Part shown: positions 9,581 to 18,311 of the stretch, one piece after another
Position numbering within the stretch: the stretch's first letter is position 1
How the letters are laid out: every line of letters starts with the position of its first letter
Position numbers and translations under genes: made by a program
Notes under the pieces: model-generated
The model's database searches: none
The model's input: the letters and a program-made list of their open reading frames with translations, nothing else
Told to the model about the DNA's origin: nothing
Source: Candidatus Saccharimonadales bacterium
Lineage (GTDB): Bacteria; Patescibacteriota; Saccharimonadia; QS-5-54-17
Assembly: GCA_040903985.1 (NCBI GenBank)
Contig: JBBDUI010000002.1
Coordinates: 599,633 to 663,632, forward strand
Length of the DNA stretch: 64,000 nucleotides
Reading direction: 5' to 3'

Positions 9581-9747
9581 GATTATATCCTTTACAAATA
9601 TATTATATTGTTATTTAGTAGTATTTTCTATCGTTTTAGCTTTAGCCTTTTGAGCTAGGTCTATTTGAATGAGTACATCTAGAAATCCTGCAAGGTTCTT
9701 TAAGTCTTTAGGAGTTTCTGTAGATGGATTGTTGGGTTGTTTGGGGG

Positions 9748-10275
9748 TTACCATTTGAAACCCCCGTAATGTGTCGAGAAAATATCCGCAATATTATTCT
9801 CAGTATTTTTTAATTTTGGTCTTTTTAGAACTTCATATTCTTTACTGGTCACTATTGAAGCAGGTACACTCCTCAATTTGTTCTGGTAATCTCCTTGTTT
9901 TCGAGGTAGCTGTGTACAAACTTTTTGGTGTTCGTACAGTTTTATGACACAAGGTATTAGGTCGTATGTGTTAGAAGTTCCTCGCTTATGTCTGCGTTTA
10001 ACGAACTGTTTTTCTTCCAGTTTTCTCAATCGTCTTTGAACGGTTGAATAACCTTTGTGAGAGAACTTGCATAGCCGAGTAATTGACGGGTATACCCGAC
10101 TATTGTGGCTGAACCAAAATGTTAGCAAGTGTATCAGTGTTAATGTCTCACCGTCTGTTAGCCCAAGATGACCCTGGCAAGCTAACAGTAAGTTTGGTAC
10201 CTGAGTGAAGTTAAACTCCTCTATTTCAGGTGACCATTTCTCTGAAAAACCGTATTCCTTGTTATTGGTTTTCAT
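9748..10275 (-). CDS. Winged-helix DNA-binding protein (replication-initiator or regulator-like), island-borne.
   Basis: FTQVPNLLLAC...LTDGETLTLIHLLTF...GYSTVQRRLRKLEEKQFVKR resembles wHTH replication or regulatory proteins of mobile elements. Confidence 0.4.
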   Translation of the reverse strand: MKTNNKEYGFSEKWSPEIEEFNFTQVPNLLLACQGHLGLTDGETLTLIHLLTFWFSHNSRVYPSITRLCKFSHKGYSTVQRRLRKLEEKQFVKRRHKRGTSNTYDLIPCVIKLYEHQKVCTQLPRKQGDYQNKLRSVPASIVTSKEYEVLKRPKLKNTENNIADIFSTHYGGFKW

Positions 10276-10425
10276 CGTATTTTCCTTTGCGATGAAGCCA
10301 GCCCAACGGAACGGTTGTTATTGGTGTTGGGTGGCTTCGTTGCCGTTCCAAACACCACTTTAGACATTAAAAAAGGAGCTGTAATAAAGCTCCTAAATTA
10401 CTCGATTTTAGTCGGTTTTAACTTC

Positions 10426-11283
10426 TTAGGTTGGTAATATTTCTCGGTTTGTTACGGTTTCGTCACGGTTAGATTTTAGCCATTTTTCGAACCACTCAAG
10501 TTGTTCTCCGCTTATCTCTTTCCAAGGGGTGAACCTTATTGTTTTCTGTGTAGTTCTTTCAAAAAATATCTTCTTTAACTCTCTATTGAAGTGGCAGTTT
10601 CTAACAAGTTCACTCAAATCGGTTTTCGTTTTACAGCCTTCAACTTTTTCTTGTATCTCGTGAATGCTTATCGGTCTATCATGATTTTTAAGAATATAAC
10701 GCATGAAGTTATACGGTGGGCTGTCGTATCTGAGTGGCTTGCCAAGTATTACATTTGCCCCTTCGATTAAATCAATACTTGCATACCTAAGTCCGACAGT
10801 TATTAAGTTATTTCGTAAATCAATAAAAATAATTTCTGACCTGTTTTTCTTGGTTTGGGTAGATTTATGTTTTTTATCAGTAAGGACGCTGTCGTGGTAC
10901 TGGTATTTTTCCAAATCTTTCTTTCTAGCTTTGTTTCTCACTGACTCAAAATTGTCCAGAATATTAACTTTATAATTTCTCAAAGACTTCATTTTTCCAA
11001 AAAGATAGTGATAGTCTACGTCAAGAATATCTGCCTTAAACGTTGGGTTGTTCAATGATATAGATCCATCATCTTCTAACTTTTTATTTGGCTTGGTGTA
11101 GGAGTACTTAATACATTCATAATCATCTTGTAATGCGTCTAGAATATATTTCTGGTCTTCAAGTCGTACACCCGCAACGTCCAAGTCCTCTGAGCTGAAA
11201 GATACCTTGTTACCCGATAATGATTCTTGCAGGAACCTATCAATCAGGTTGATTGCGATTAATATTTTTTCACGACCAGTCAT
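10426..11283 (-). CDS. Hypothetical protein (285 aa), island-borne. Possibly Abi-like.
   Basis: ORF only. AT-rich codon usage matches the island. No motif recognised. Confidence 0.35.
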   Translation of the reverse strand: MTGREKILIAINLIDRFLQESLSGNKVSFSSEDLDVAGVRLEDQKYILDALQDDYECIKYSYTKPNKKLEDDGSISLNNPTFKADILDVDYHYLFGKMKSLRNYKVNILDNFESVRNKARKKDLEKYQYHDSVLTDKKHKSTQTKKNRSEIIFIDLRNNLITVGLRYASIDLIEGANVILGKPLRYDSPPYNFMRYILKNHDRPISIHEIQEKVEGCKTKTDLSELVRNCHFNRELKKIFFERTTQKTIRFTPWKEISGEQLEWFEKWLKSNRDETVTNREILPT

Positions 11284-11349
11284 TAGTGTAAATTATACTC
11301 TATAATCCCATTCCTCACTGTTCCGCTCTTAGTTTTTGAATTTTTATTA

Positions 11350-11841
11350 CTAATGAAAACTAGTCGTGTAATGTACGAAAACCACTCGTTTGAGTGATGA
11401 GTTTGGGTGTCTGTCTGCAAAGTCTTCAACAGCTTTTTGAGCTATCATAATCACGTCTTCGTATGGATTGCCGTGTAAGCCTGAGCCTAACGCAGGAAAA
11501 GCCATGGACTCTACACCATAGTCATCTGCAAGTTCTAACGAAGTATAAAAGCACTTATAGAGTATCTTTGGCTCTTTACCTTTATGGTAGCCGTATATAG
11601 GCGCAACTGTGTGTATGACGTATTGAGCTGGTAAGTCGTAGGCTTCGGTAATCTTTGCTTCGCCATAATCACAGCCACCAAGTTCTTTACAGGCATTTGC
11701 TAGTTCGGGTCCTGCGATTGAATGGATTTTACTGTCTACACCACCGCCAGGAATGAGCTGAGTGTTGGCTGCATTCACGATAATATCTGCATGGAGTTTT
11801 GTTATATCCCAATTCATTTCTTCTAGTCTTAATGTACGCAT
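11350..11841 (-). CDS. Stand-alone macro domain protein (ADP-ribose binding or hydrolase).
   Basis: IVNAANTQLIPGGGVDSKIHSIAGPEL and GLHGNPYE motifs are canonical macro-domain signatures. Confidence 0.8.
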   Translation of the reverse strand: MRTLRLEEMNWDITKLHADIIVNAANTQLIPGGGVDSKIHSIAGPELANACKELGGCDYGEAKITEAYDLPAQYVIHTVAPIYGYHKGKEPKILYKCFYTSLELADDYGVESMAFPALGSGLHGNPYEDVIMIAQKAVEDFADRHPNSSLKRVVFVHYTTSFH

Positions 11842-11842
11842 T

Positions 11843-12085
11843 CTAGTATTCGTTCCTCATGGCATTAATAAAATCTAGTAATGCTGGTTTACGGTTCATG
11901 CCATATTTTTTGTTGAGTTCTTTAGTTTTGGCGATAGTTGCTTCGTTAATACGATATATTACTGGTTGAGCGAGCTGTTTGGCAGTTTCTCTATCTATTT
12001 CGCCCGTCCTATATTTGTGTTGAATAGTAGCGATATCAGCTCTGTTTTTGACTGCTTGCTCAATGTTCTTTTCCATACTTCGCAT
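11843..12085 (-). CDS. Small hypothetical protein (80 aa) ending 1 nt upstream of the macro gene start. Possible partner (toxin or regulator).
   Basis: ORF with 1-nt spacing to the macro gene. No motif. Confidence 0.35.
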   Translation of the reverse strand: MRSMEKNIEQAVKNRADIATIQHKYRTGEIDRETAKQLAQPVIYRINEATIAKTKELNKKYGMNRKPALLDFINAMRNEY

Positions 12086-12212
12086 TCTGTATAGAAAATT
12101 AGAGGAATGCGAGCCGTAAAGTAGCCTTTCTGAGCTATTCTCAGCCTCTCTACGCTGTGTTTAGTGCAGATTAATAACTATGGACTATAAACAGAGGTGT
12201 TTATAGCGTACA

Positions 12213-15200
12213 ATGTTGCATAATATGGCTAGTCTATTTGGTAAAAACAAACTTCGTGATATAGCGACAAAACTACAAACTTCTGACTTAGAAGATAAAA
12301 TTGCAATCGTTAAAACTTGGCACAATGATTATCACAAAGGTAGCTTAAAAGCAGATAAAGAAACTTCCCGCGAGCAAGCCTACAATCATGACTTTTTCAT
12401 AAAGATTTTAGGTTATAAAGAAAAACCTACAGTGCCGTATAGCTTTGAGCCAAAAGCTACTACTGATAAAGGTCAACTCCCTGACGCTGTTCTTAGCCAC
12501 ACTGACGTAACACAAGACATCAAGAATATTGCAGCTGTAGTGGAATTAAAGGGTGCAAGTATTGAGTTAGACAGACCACAACGGCGTGAGGGCAACATGA
12601 GTCCTGTGCAACAGGGGTTCAAGTACAAGACTCAGTATAGAAACTGTCCATTTGTGGTTGTCAGTAACTTTTGGGAGTTCAGGCTATACCACGACAATCA
12701 ACTTGATTATGAGCTATGGACACTCGATGACTTAGTTGACCCTGATGACGACTATCTCAAGTTCAAGACTTTCTACACACTTCTCCACAGTGATAACCTC
12801 ACAACACCAAAGGGAGCAAGCAAGACAGAGGGCTGGCTCAGTGATATACGTTATGAGCAGGAAGAAATCGGAAAGAAATTCTACAAGATGTACCGAGAAG
12901 CTCGTCTCGATCTGCTAAGAGACATTTACAGGCACAATCAAACTGTACGTTCAGATATTGATATGGGTATAGAAAAAGCCCAAAAGATTATTGACCGCAT
13001 AGTATTTGCCTGTTTCGCAGAGGACCGAGGCTTGCTTCCAGACAATACCTTGCAACGAGTTATTCAAGCTGCCGATAAGTCAGCGTTTGGTGGTTCGCTC
13101 TGGTCAACCTTCAAAGCGTTCTTTGAAGCAATTGATGTTGGTAGCGAAAAACTAGAAATACCAGACGGCTACAACGGTGGCTTATTTGCACATGATCCGA
13201 CTCTTAACGCCCTCAAAGTAAGTGATGAGCCACTACGAAAAGTAGCAAACATCAGTAACTACAACTTTGAGGAAGATTTAAGCGTTACGATTCTTGGCCA
13301 TATCTTTGAACAGTCTATTAGTGACCTAGAAGAAATCAAAAGCAAAGTCGAAGAAACTAAAAGCCTAGATTCTTTTCAGCAGTCACGAAGAAAAAAAGAC
13401 GGCATTTTCTATACTCCTGACTACATAGTGCGTTATATCGTTGATAATTCACTCGGTGCTTACTTGCGAGGTGAAGAAGAACGTCTAAAGTCTGAGTTTA
13501 AGCTCAAGGGCGACATTACAGACAAAAATTATGAAAAGAGAGAACGCCAAGCATACAGTAAGTATCAAGAATTTTTACAGAATGTAAAAGTCGTTGACCC
13601 TGCTTGTGGCTCAGGTGCATTTTTGGTTTATGTTTTTGATTATCTACTTGCAGAAAATAAACGTGTAGCAAGTATTCTCGGCAATAACTTGTTTAGTAGT
13701 GAGGATTACATAAAATCAATCCTACAGAACAATATTTATGGTGTTGACCTCAATGATGAATCGGTTGAGATTACTAAACTATCGCTTTGGCTTAAATCTG
13801 CTCAAAAAGGCAAAAAACTCACAACACTGGACAACAACATCAAATGTGGCAACAGTTTAATTGATGACTCGGAAGTTGCTGGCGATAAGGCGTTTGTGTG
13901 GGAAAAAGAATTTCCTGAAATCTTTGCCAAAGGTGGCTTTGATATAGTTGTCGGAAACCCCCCATGGGTGTTCACTCGTGAAGGTGGTTTTACGCAAGGC
14001 TCAAAAGATTTTATAAGTGCGTACATAGAAAATAAAAGCATTACTACTGAGTCCCGCGGTCTTAATATCCAAAAAGGCAAAATTAATCTATATGCAGTGT
14101 TTATCGCTAAGGGCTTAGACCTTCTTACGAAAGGCGGTGTACTTTCATACATTGTCCCGAATAGCATACTTCGAGCTACGCCTTATGAGGCGTTTCGAAA
14201 GTATTTACTCGATAACTTTGCCATTAAACAGATAGTTAATCTTGGAGCAGGTATATTCAGTGGAGTTACTGCTTCATCAGTCATATTGTCCATTGGAAGA
14301 AAAGAAGGCATATCTAGTAACTACGAAACAGAAATCATTATAGACATACAAAATCCAAATGAAAAATCTAGGCTAGAGCAAAATAACTTCTCGAACAACG
14401 CCAGTTACGTTTTTAACATACTCGCAAAAAAGGAAGAAGTAACGTTAACAACAAAAATACTATCAAATCATATCGTTCTAGGGAATATAGCAAAATTTAT
14501 TTCGCCAGGTATTGACGGTGATAAGTCTAAATATGTTAGTAAAGAACGGCTGAGTGATGATTATAAGCCATTATTATTTGGTAAATCATTCGGTAGGTAT
14601 ACGATCAATTTTGATAATAACTACATTCTCTATGACAGGTCAAAATTGAATAGGGCGAGAAAAGAAGAAATCTTCACATCAGACAAAATCATTATACAAA
14701 GAATAAGCGGCGGACTTAATCCTTTAAGATGTACGCTTGATGTAGAACAGTTCTATACGTTCAACTCAGTCAATAACGTCATACTTAAAGATGACAGTGG
14801 CGTTTCAGCTCATTATGTACTGGCGCTACTGAACTCAAGGCTGCTCAACTGGTACTATTCAACTAACTTCTCTAACAAATCAACTCTTACGGTAAATATA
14901 TCCAAGACTTTTCTTGAAAAGCTACCGATAGCAATAGGGTTAAAAGGTGAGCAGGACTCTTTAGAGAAATTGACCAAGAAAATACTTAGCTTATACAGTA
15001 AGCAAGACCAGGTTTTGACTCGTATAGAGAAAGTCATTTTGTCAGAATATCAAATAGAAAAATGGCCGACTAAACTCAATAAATGGTGGTTAATCGACTT
15101 TGCTACTTTCGTAAAAACACTCAAGATAACCCTCACGCTTTCACAAAAAGATGAATTGATGATACTTTACGAAAAATATCGCAAAGAGTTACTGGCGCTT

Positions 15201-15308
15201 GAGCAAGAAATCAAAAACACTGATTATGAAATCAACCAGTCTGTCTATTCACTGTACGGTTTAACAAATGAAGAAATTGAAATTATTGATAAGCAAACAA
15301 ATGAATAA
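12213..15308 (+). CDS. Type IIG/IIL single-chain restriction-modification enzyme (MmeI/Eco57I-like): N-terminal PD-(D/E)xK nuclease, gamma-class N6-adenine MTase, C-terminal TRD.
   Basis: N-terminal LPDAV...VVELKG (PD..ExK). MTase motif I VVDPACGSGAFLV and motif IV VVGNPPWVF. 1031 aa. Confidence 0.8.
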   Translation: MLHNMASLFGKNKLRDIATKLQTSDLEDKIAIVKTWHNDYHKGSLKADKETSREQAYNHDFFIKILGYKEKPTVPYSFEPKATTDKGQLPDAVLSHTDVTQDIKNIAAVVELKGASIELDRPQRREGNMSPVQQGFKYKTQYRNCPFVVVSNFWEFRLYHDNQLDYELWTLDDLVDPDDDYLKFKTFYTLLHSDNLTTPKGASKTEGWLSDIRYEQEEIGKKFYKMYREARLDLLRDIYRHNQTVRSDIDMGIEKAQKIIDRIVFACFAEDRGLLPDNTLQRVIQAADKSAFGGSLWSTFKAFFEAIDVGSEKLEIPDGYNGGLFAHDPTLNALKVSDEPLRKVANISNYNFEEDLSVTILGHIFEQSISDLEEIKSKVEETKSLDSFQQSRRKKDGIFYTPDYIVRYIVDNSLGAYLRGEEERLKSEFKLKGDITDKNYEKRERQAYSKYQEFLQNVKVVDPACGSGAFLVYVFDYLLAENKRVASILGNNLFSSEDYIKSILQNNIYGVDLNDESVEITKLSLWLKSAQKGKKLTTLDNNIKCGNSLIDDSEVAGDKAFVWEKEFPEIFAKGGFDIVVGNPPWVFTREGGFTQGSKDFISAYIENKSITTESRGLNIQKGKINLYAVFIAKGLDLLTKGGVLSYIVPNSILRATPYEAFRKYLLDNFAIKQIVNLGAGIFSGVTASSVILSIGRKEGISSNYETEIIIDIQNPNEKSRLEQNNFSNNASYVFNILAKKEEVTLTTKILSNHIVLGNIAKFISPGIDGDKSKYVSKERLSDDYKPLLFGKSFGRYTINFDNNYILYDRSKLNRARKEEIFTSDKIIIQRISGGLNPLRCTLDVEQFYTFNSVNNVILKDDSGVSAHYVLALLNSRLLNWYYSTNFSNKSTLTVNISKTFLEKLPIAIGLKGEQDSLEKLTKKILSLYSKQDQVLTRIEKVILSEYQIEKWPTKLNKWWLIDFATFVKTLKITLTLSQKDELMILYEKYRKELLALEQEIKNTDYEINQSVYSLYGLTNEEIEIIDKQTNE

Positions 15309-16023
15309 GGCCAACGATAACTTAAAAAACAATAAGCTAGACTGGACGGCTATAGTAACAAAAGCGAGCTTAGGCGCTGTCCCTATTGCAGGTAGTTTTT
15401 TAGCGGAGATTGTAGGAACGTTAATCCCTAATCAACGAATCGAAAGAATCGCTGAGTACGTTACAGAACTTAATAATAAGCTAGAGACTATCCCTGAACA
15501 TGTAGTAAAGAGATTAAGGAATAACGAAGAATTTATTGATTTAGTTGAGGAGAGTATTATTCGGGTCGCCCGCTCAATATCAGAAGAAAGACGCAAATAC
15601 ATTTTGAATATCGTTCAAAATGGTATTTCAGATGATGACTCAACTGTTAATAACGCAAAATATCTTTTGAGACTGTTATCAGAGATAAACGACAATGAAG
15701 TAATCTGGCTTCGTTATTTTCACGAGCGGACACTAAACGATAAGGCTCATTTTCAAGCATTGCACAAAAATATTCTTTCACCCGTACAAGTTGTACTAGG
15801 GTCTAGTAAAGAGGAACGCCAACGAGGGGCAGTTCAGGAAAGCTACAAAGAACATCTGGAACGACTTGGCTTAATTGAAAATAATATCAAAATGAACAAA
15901 GACCTTGGTGTGCCAGAATATGATACATTCACTAATAAGCCAAAGGTGTCATATACTCAGACCACAACATTGGGTAACATGCTCTTAGAGAAGATTGGTT
16001 TAATAAATAATGCAGCAAAATAG
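15301..16023 (+). CDS. Hypothetical protein (240 aa), translationally coupled to the RM gene (ATG 15301 overlaps RM stop 15306-15308).
   Basis: The track ORF 15268..16023 has an in-frame Met at 15301 that overlaps the RM stop. No motif recognised. Confidence 0.45.
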   Translation: MNKANDNLKNNKLDWTAIVTKASLGAVPIAGSFLAEIVGTLIPNQRIERIAEYVTELNNKLETIPEHVVKRLRNNEEFIDLVEESIIRVARSISEERRKYILNIVQNGISDDDSTVNNAKYLLRLLSEINDNEVIWLRYFHERTLNDKAHFQALHKNILSPVQVVLGSSKEERQRGAVQESYKEHLERLGLIENNIKMNKDLGVPEYDTFTNKPKVSYTQTTTLGNMLLEKIGLINNAAK

Positions 16024-16777
16024 TTTCAAACAAGTCGCATACGACATTCTAAAAGAAGCCGGTAACCCACTCCACAGTAAGGAGATTACTAAATTAGCAC
16101 TCCAACGAGGATTGCTAGTAACAGACGGCAAAACACCAGAGGCAACCATGAACGCTCAGCTAGTGGTTGATATTAATAAAAAAGGTATCAAATCAAAGTT
16201 TATCAAAACAGCCCCTTCAACATTTTATTTGAACGATAATTCTGAACCCATTGAAACAAAAGAAGAAATAGCAGAAGAAGCTAAAAAAGAAGCTGTCATC
16301 TCAAACGTATCATCAAAGCAGAAAGGCGATATTGCTGAGGCTAGAGTTGCCGAACTTATCACCCTCTACGGTGATAATGAGGTGTCTTGTTTCAAGCCAA
16401 TTTCCGATGACGAAGGAATTGACTTAATTGTAAAGCCTAAGGGGCAATTGAAATCACTGTATATTCAAATCAAGTCACGATTTGGCAGTAACCCAAGTGA
16501 AATATTCACCGCTACTGTCAAAGCCTCAGGGGTAGTAGAAAATTATTCAATGGTCTACTTGTTTTGCTACTTTGATACTTCAACTGGCGATATGTGGGAC
16601 TATGTATGGCTTGTCCCTGCACCAGACTTCAAACGGCTAGCGAACAATCTTCAAGGCGGTAGTTTGTATGGATTTGTAGCAGGTAGGAAAAAATCGGACA
16701 GTAATAAATGGGACCAGTATCTCATACACAAAACCGACTTATCGGAGTCAATAATTAATCAACTTTCAAGACTGTAG
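16010..16777 (+). CDS. HARE-HTH domain fused to a PD-(D/E)xK-type endonuclease domain (restriction-endonuclease-like).
   Basis: N-terminus FKQVAYDILKEAGNPLHSKEITKLALQRGL...KTPEATMNAQL matches the HARE-HTH pattern. C-terminus D-EGIDLIVKPK...IQIKSR is a D..E.D..K nuclease core. Confidence 0.55.
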   Translation: MQQNSFKQVAYDILKEAGNPLHSKEITKLALQRGLLVTDGKTPEATMNAQLVVDINKKGIKSKFIKTAPSTFYLNDNSEPIETKEEIAEEAKKEAVISNVSSKQKGDIAEARVAELITLYGDNEVSCFKPISDDEGIDLIVKPKGQLKSLYIQIKSRFGSNPSEIFTATVKASGVVENYSMVYLFCYFDTSTGDMWDYVWLVPAPDFKRLANNLQGGSLYGFVAGRKKSDSNKWDQYLIHKTDLSESIINQLSRL

Positions 16778-16788
16778 ATTTGTAAATT

Positions 16789-18261
16789 ATGTACCTGTCT
16801 AAATCTGACTTCCTAAAATATCAATGTTGTCCAAGTTATCTATGGCTATGGAAATACAAAAAAGAAGTCGTACCCGTAGATGATGAGGAAGCAATTAATC
16901 AGCGACTAGAACAAGGTAATGAAGTTGAGCGTTTTGCTCGTGGCTTATTTCCTAACGCTGTTCTGGTTGGTTCTTACGGTAAGAAGGCTCGTAACGAAAC
17001 CGAGAGGCTTGTAAGTAATGATGTGCAAGCAATATTCCAAGCTACTGTTTATACAGACAAAGAATTATTGGCAATGGCAGATATTATTGAATTTGATGAA
17101 GCCACGCAATCTTGGGATTTGTACGAAGTAAAATCTACCAACTCTGTTAAAAAAGAACATATATATGACCTTGCTTTTCAGCGAGTGGCATTTGAAGACG
17201 CTGGCTATAAAATTGGTAAGGTAATTGTCATTCATTTAGATAAAACTTACGTTCGCAAAACAGCAGTAGAGCCATCTGAACTTTTAACGCAAACCGATGT
17301 TACAGAAAAGGTTGAAAAAATACTACCAACAATACGGCAACAAGCCTATGACGCTATTGAAGTATTAAAACAAAACGATGAGCCAAAAAAGTGTAGTTGT
17401 AGACTTAAAACTCGTTCAGGACACTGCTCGACATTTAATTATCTTAATCCCGATATTCCTGAGTATTCTGTTTTTAATATTTCAAGAATAGGTGCTAAGA
17501 ATCTGGCAGTACTTGTAGATGGAGACATTCATAACGTACATGATGTACCAGAGGACATAAAACTTTCTATTGGTCAGAAAAATCAAGTACTGGTGGCTAG
17601 GAGTAAAGAGCCGATTATAAACAGGCCAGCTATTCAAGAATTGTTAAGCGAACTTGAATTTCCTCTTTATTTCCTAGACTACGAAACCGTTTCATCGGCC
17701 TTACCAATGTTTAATGGCTGTACACCATTCCAACAAATACCGTTCCAGTATTCTTTACACGTTCTGAGAGAGCCTGACGGCGAACTTGAGCATTATGAGT
17801 ATCTTGGGCGTGATAGCACCAATCCACCAATGCCAGAGCTACTCGCAAGCCTACAGAACAATATCGGAGATACAGGTAGCGTTATTGTTTGGTATAAAGT
17901 CTTTGAAACAGGACGCAACACAGAAATGGGTAAAGCATTCCCTGAATACGCGGAGTTCCTTGAGGGCATAAATAATAGAGTGTTTGATCTAATGGACATA
18001 TTCAGTAAACAGCATTATGTACACCACGATTTCAAAGGCAGTAGCTCAATCAAATATGTGTTACCAGTCCTTGTGCCTGAGTTCTCATACAAGGAAATGG
18101 ATATACAGAACGGATTAGTCGCTTCAATACGGTGGTATGACGCCGTTATGGGTGCAGTAGACGAAGAACAAGCCCAAAAGACTTACGAAGCACTCTTGAA
18201 GTACTGCTGTTTAGATACTTTGGCAATGGTTAAGATTTACGAATACTTAAAGAAACTATAA
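16789..18261 (+). CDS. Cas4-like / RecB-family PD-(D/E)xK nuclease with Fe-S cysteines, fused to a C-terminal domain of unknown function (DUF2779-like).
   Basis: N-terminal YQCCPSYLW. MADIIEFDE...LYEVKS (D..E.K). C-x-C-x8-C cluster CSCRLKTRSGHC. 490 aa. Confidence 0.55.
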   Translation: MYLSKSDFLKYQCCPSYLWLWKYKKEVVPVDDEEAINQRLEQGNEVERFARGLFPNAVLVGSYGKKARNETERLVSNDVQAIFQATVYTDKELLAMADIIEFDEATQSWDLYEVKSTNSVKKEHIYDLAFQRVAFEDAGYKIGKVIVIHLDKTYVRKTAVEPSELLTQTDVTEKVEKILPTIRQQAYDAIEVLKQNDEPKKCSCRLKTRSGHCSTFNYLNPDIPEYSVFNISRIGAKNLAVLVDGDIHNVHDVPEDIKLSIGQKNQVLVARSKEPIINRPAIQELLSELEFPLYFLDYETVSSALPMFNGCTPFQQIPFQYSLHVLREPDGELEHYEYLGRDSTNPPMPELLASLQNNIGDTGSVIVWYKVFETGRNTEMGKAFPEYAEFLEGINNRVFDLMDIFSKQHYVHHDFKGSSSIKYVLPVLVPEFSYKEMDIQNGLVASIRWYDAVMGAVDEEQAQKTYEALLKYCCLDTLAMVKIYEYLKKL

Positions 18262-18311
18262 GTTAAACGTAAGCAATATAGTTATCAACCAAACAACGAT
18301 ACAATAATCTT

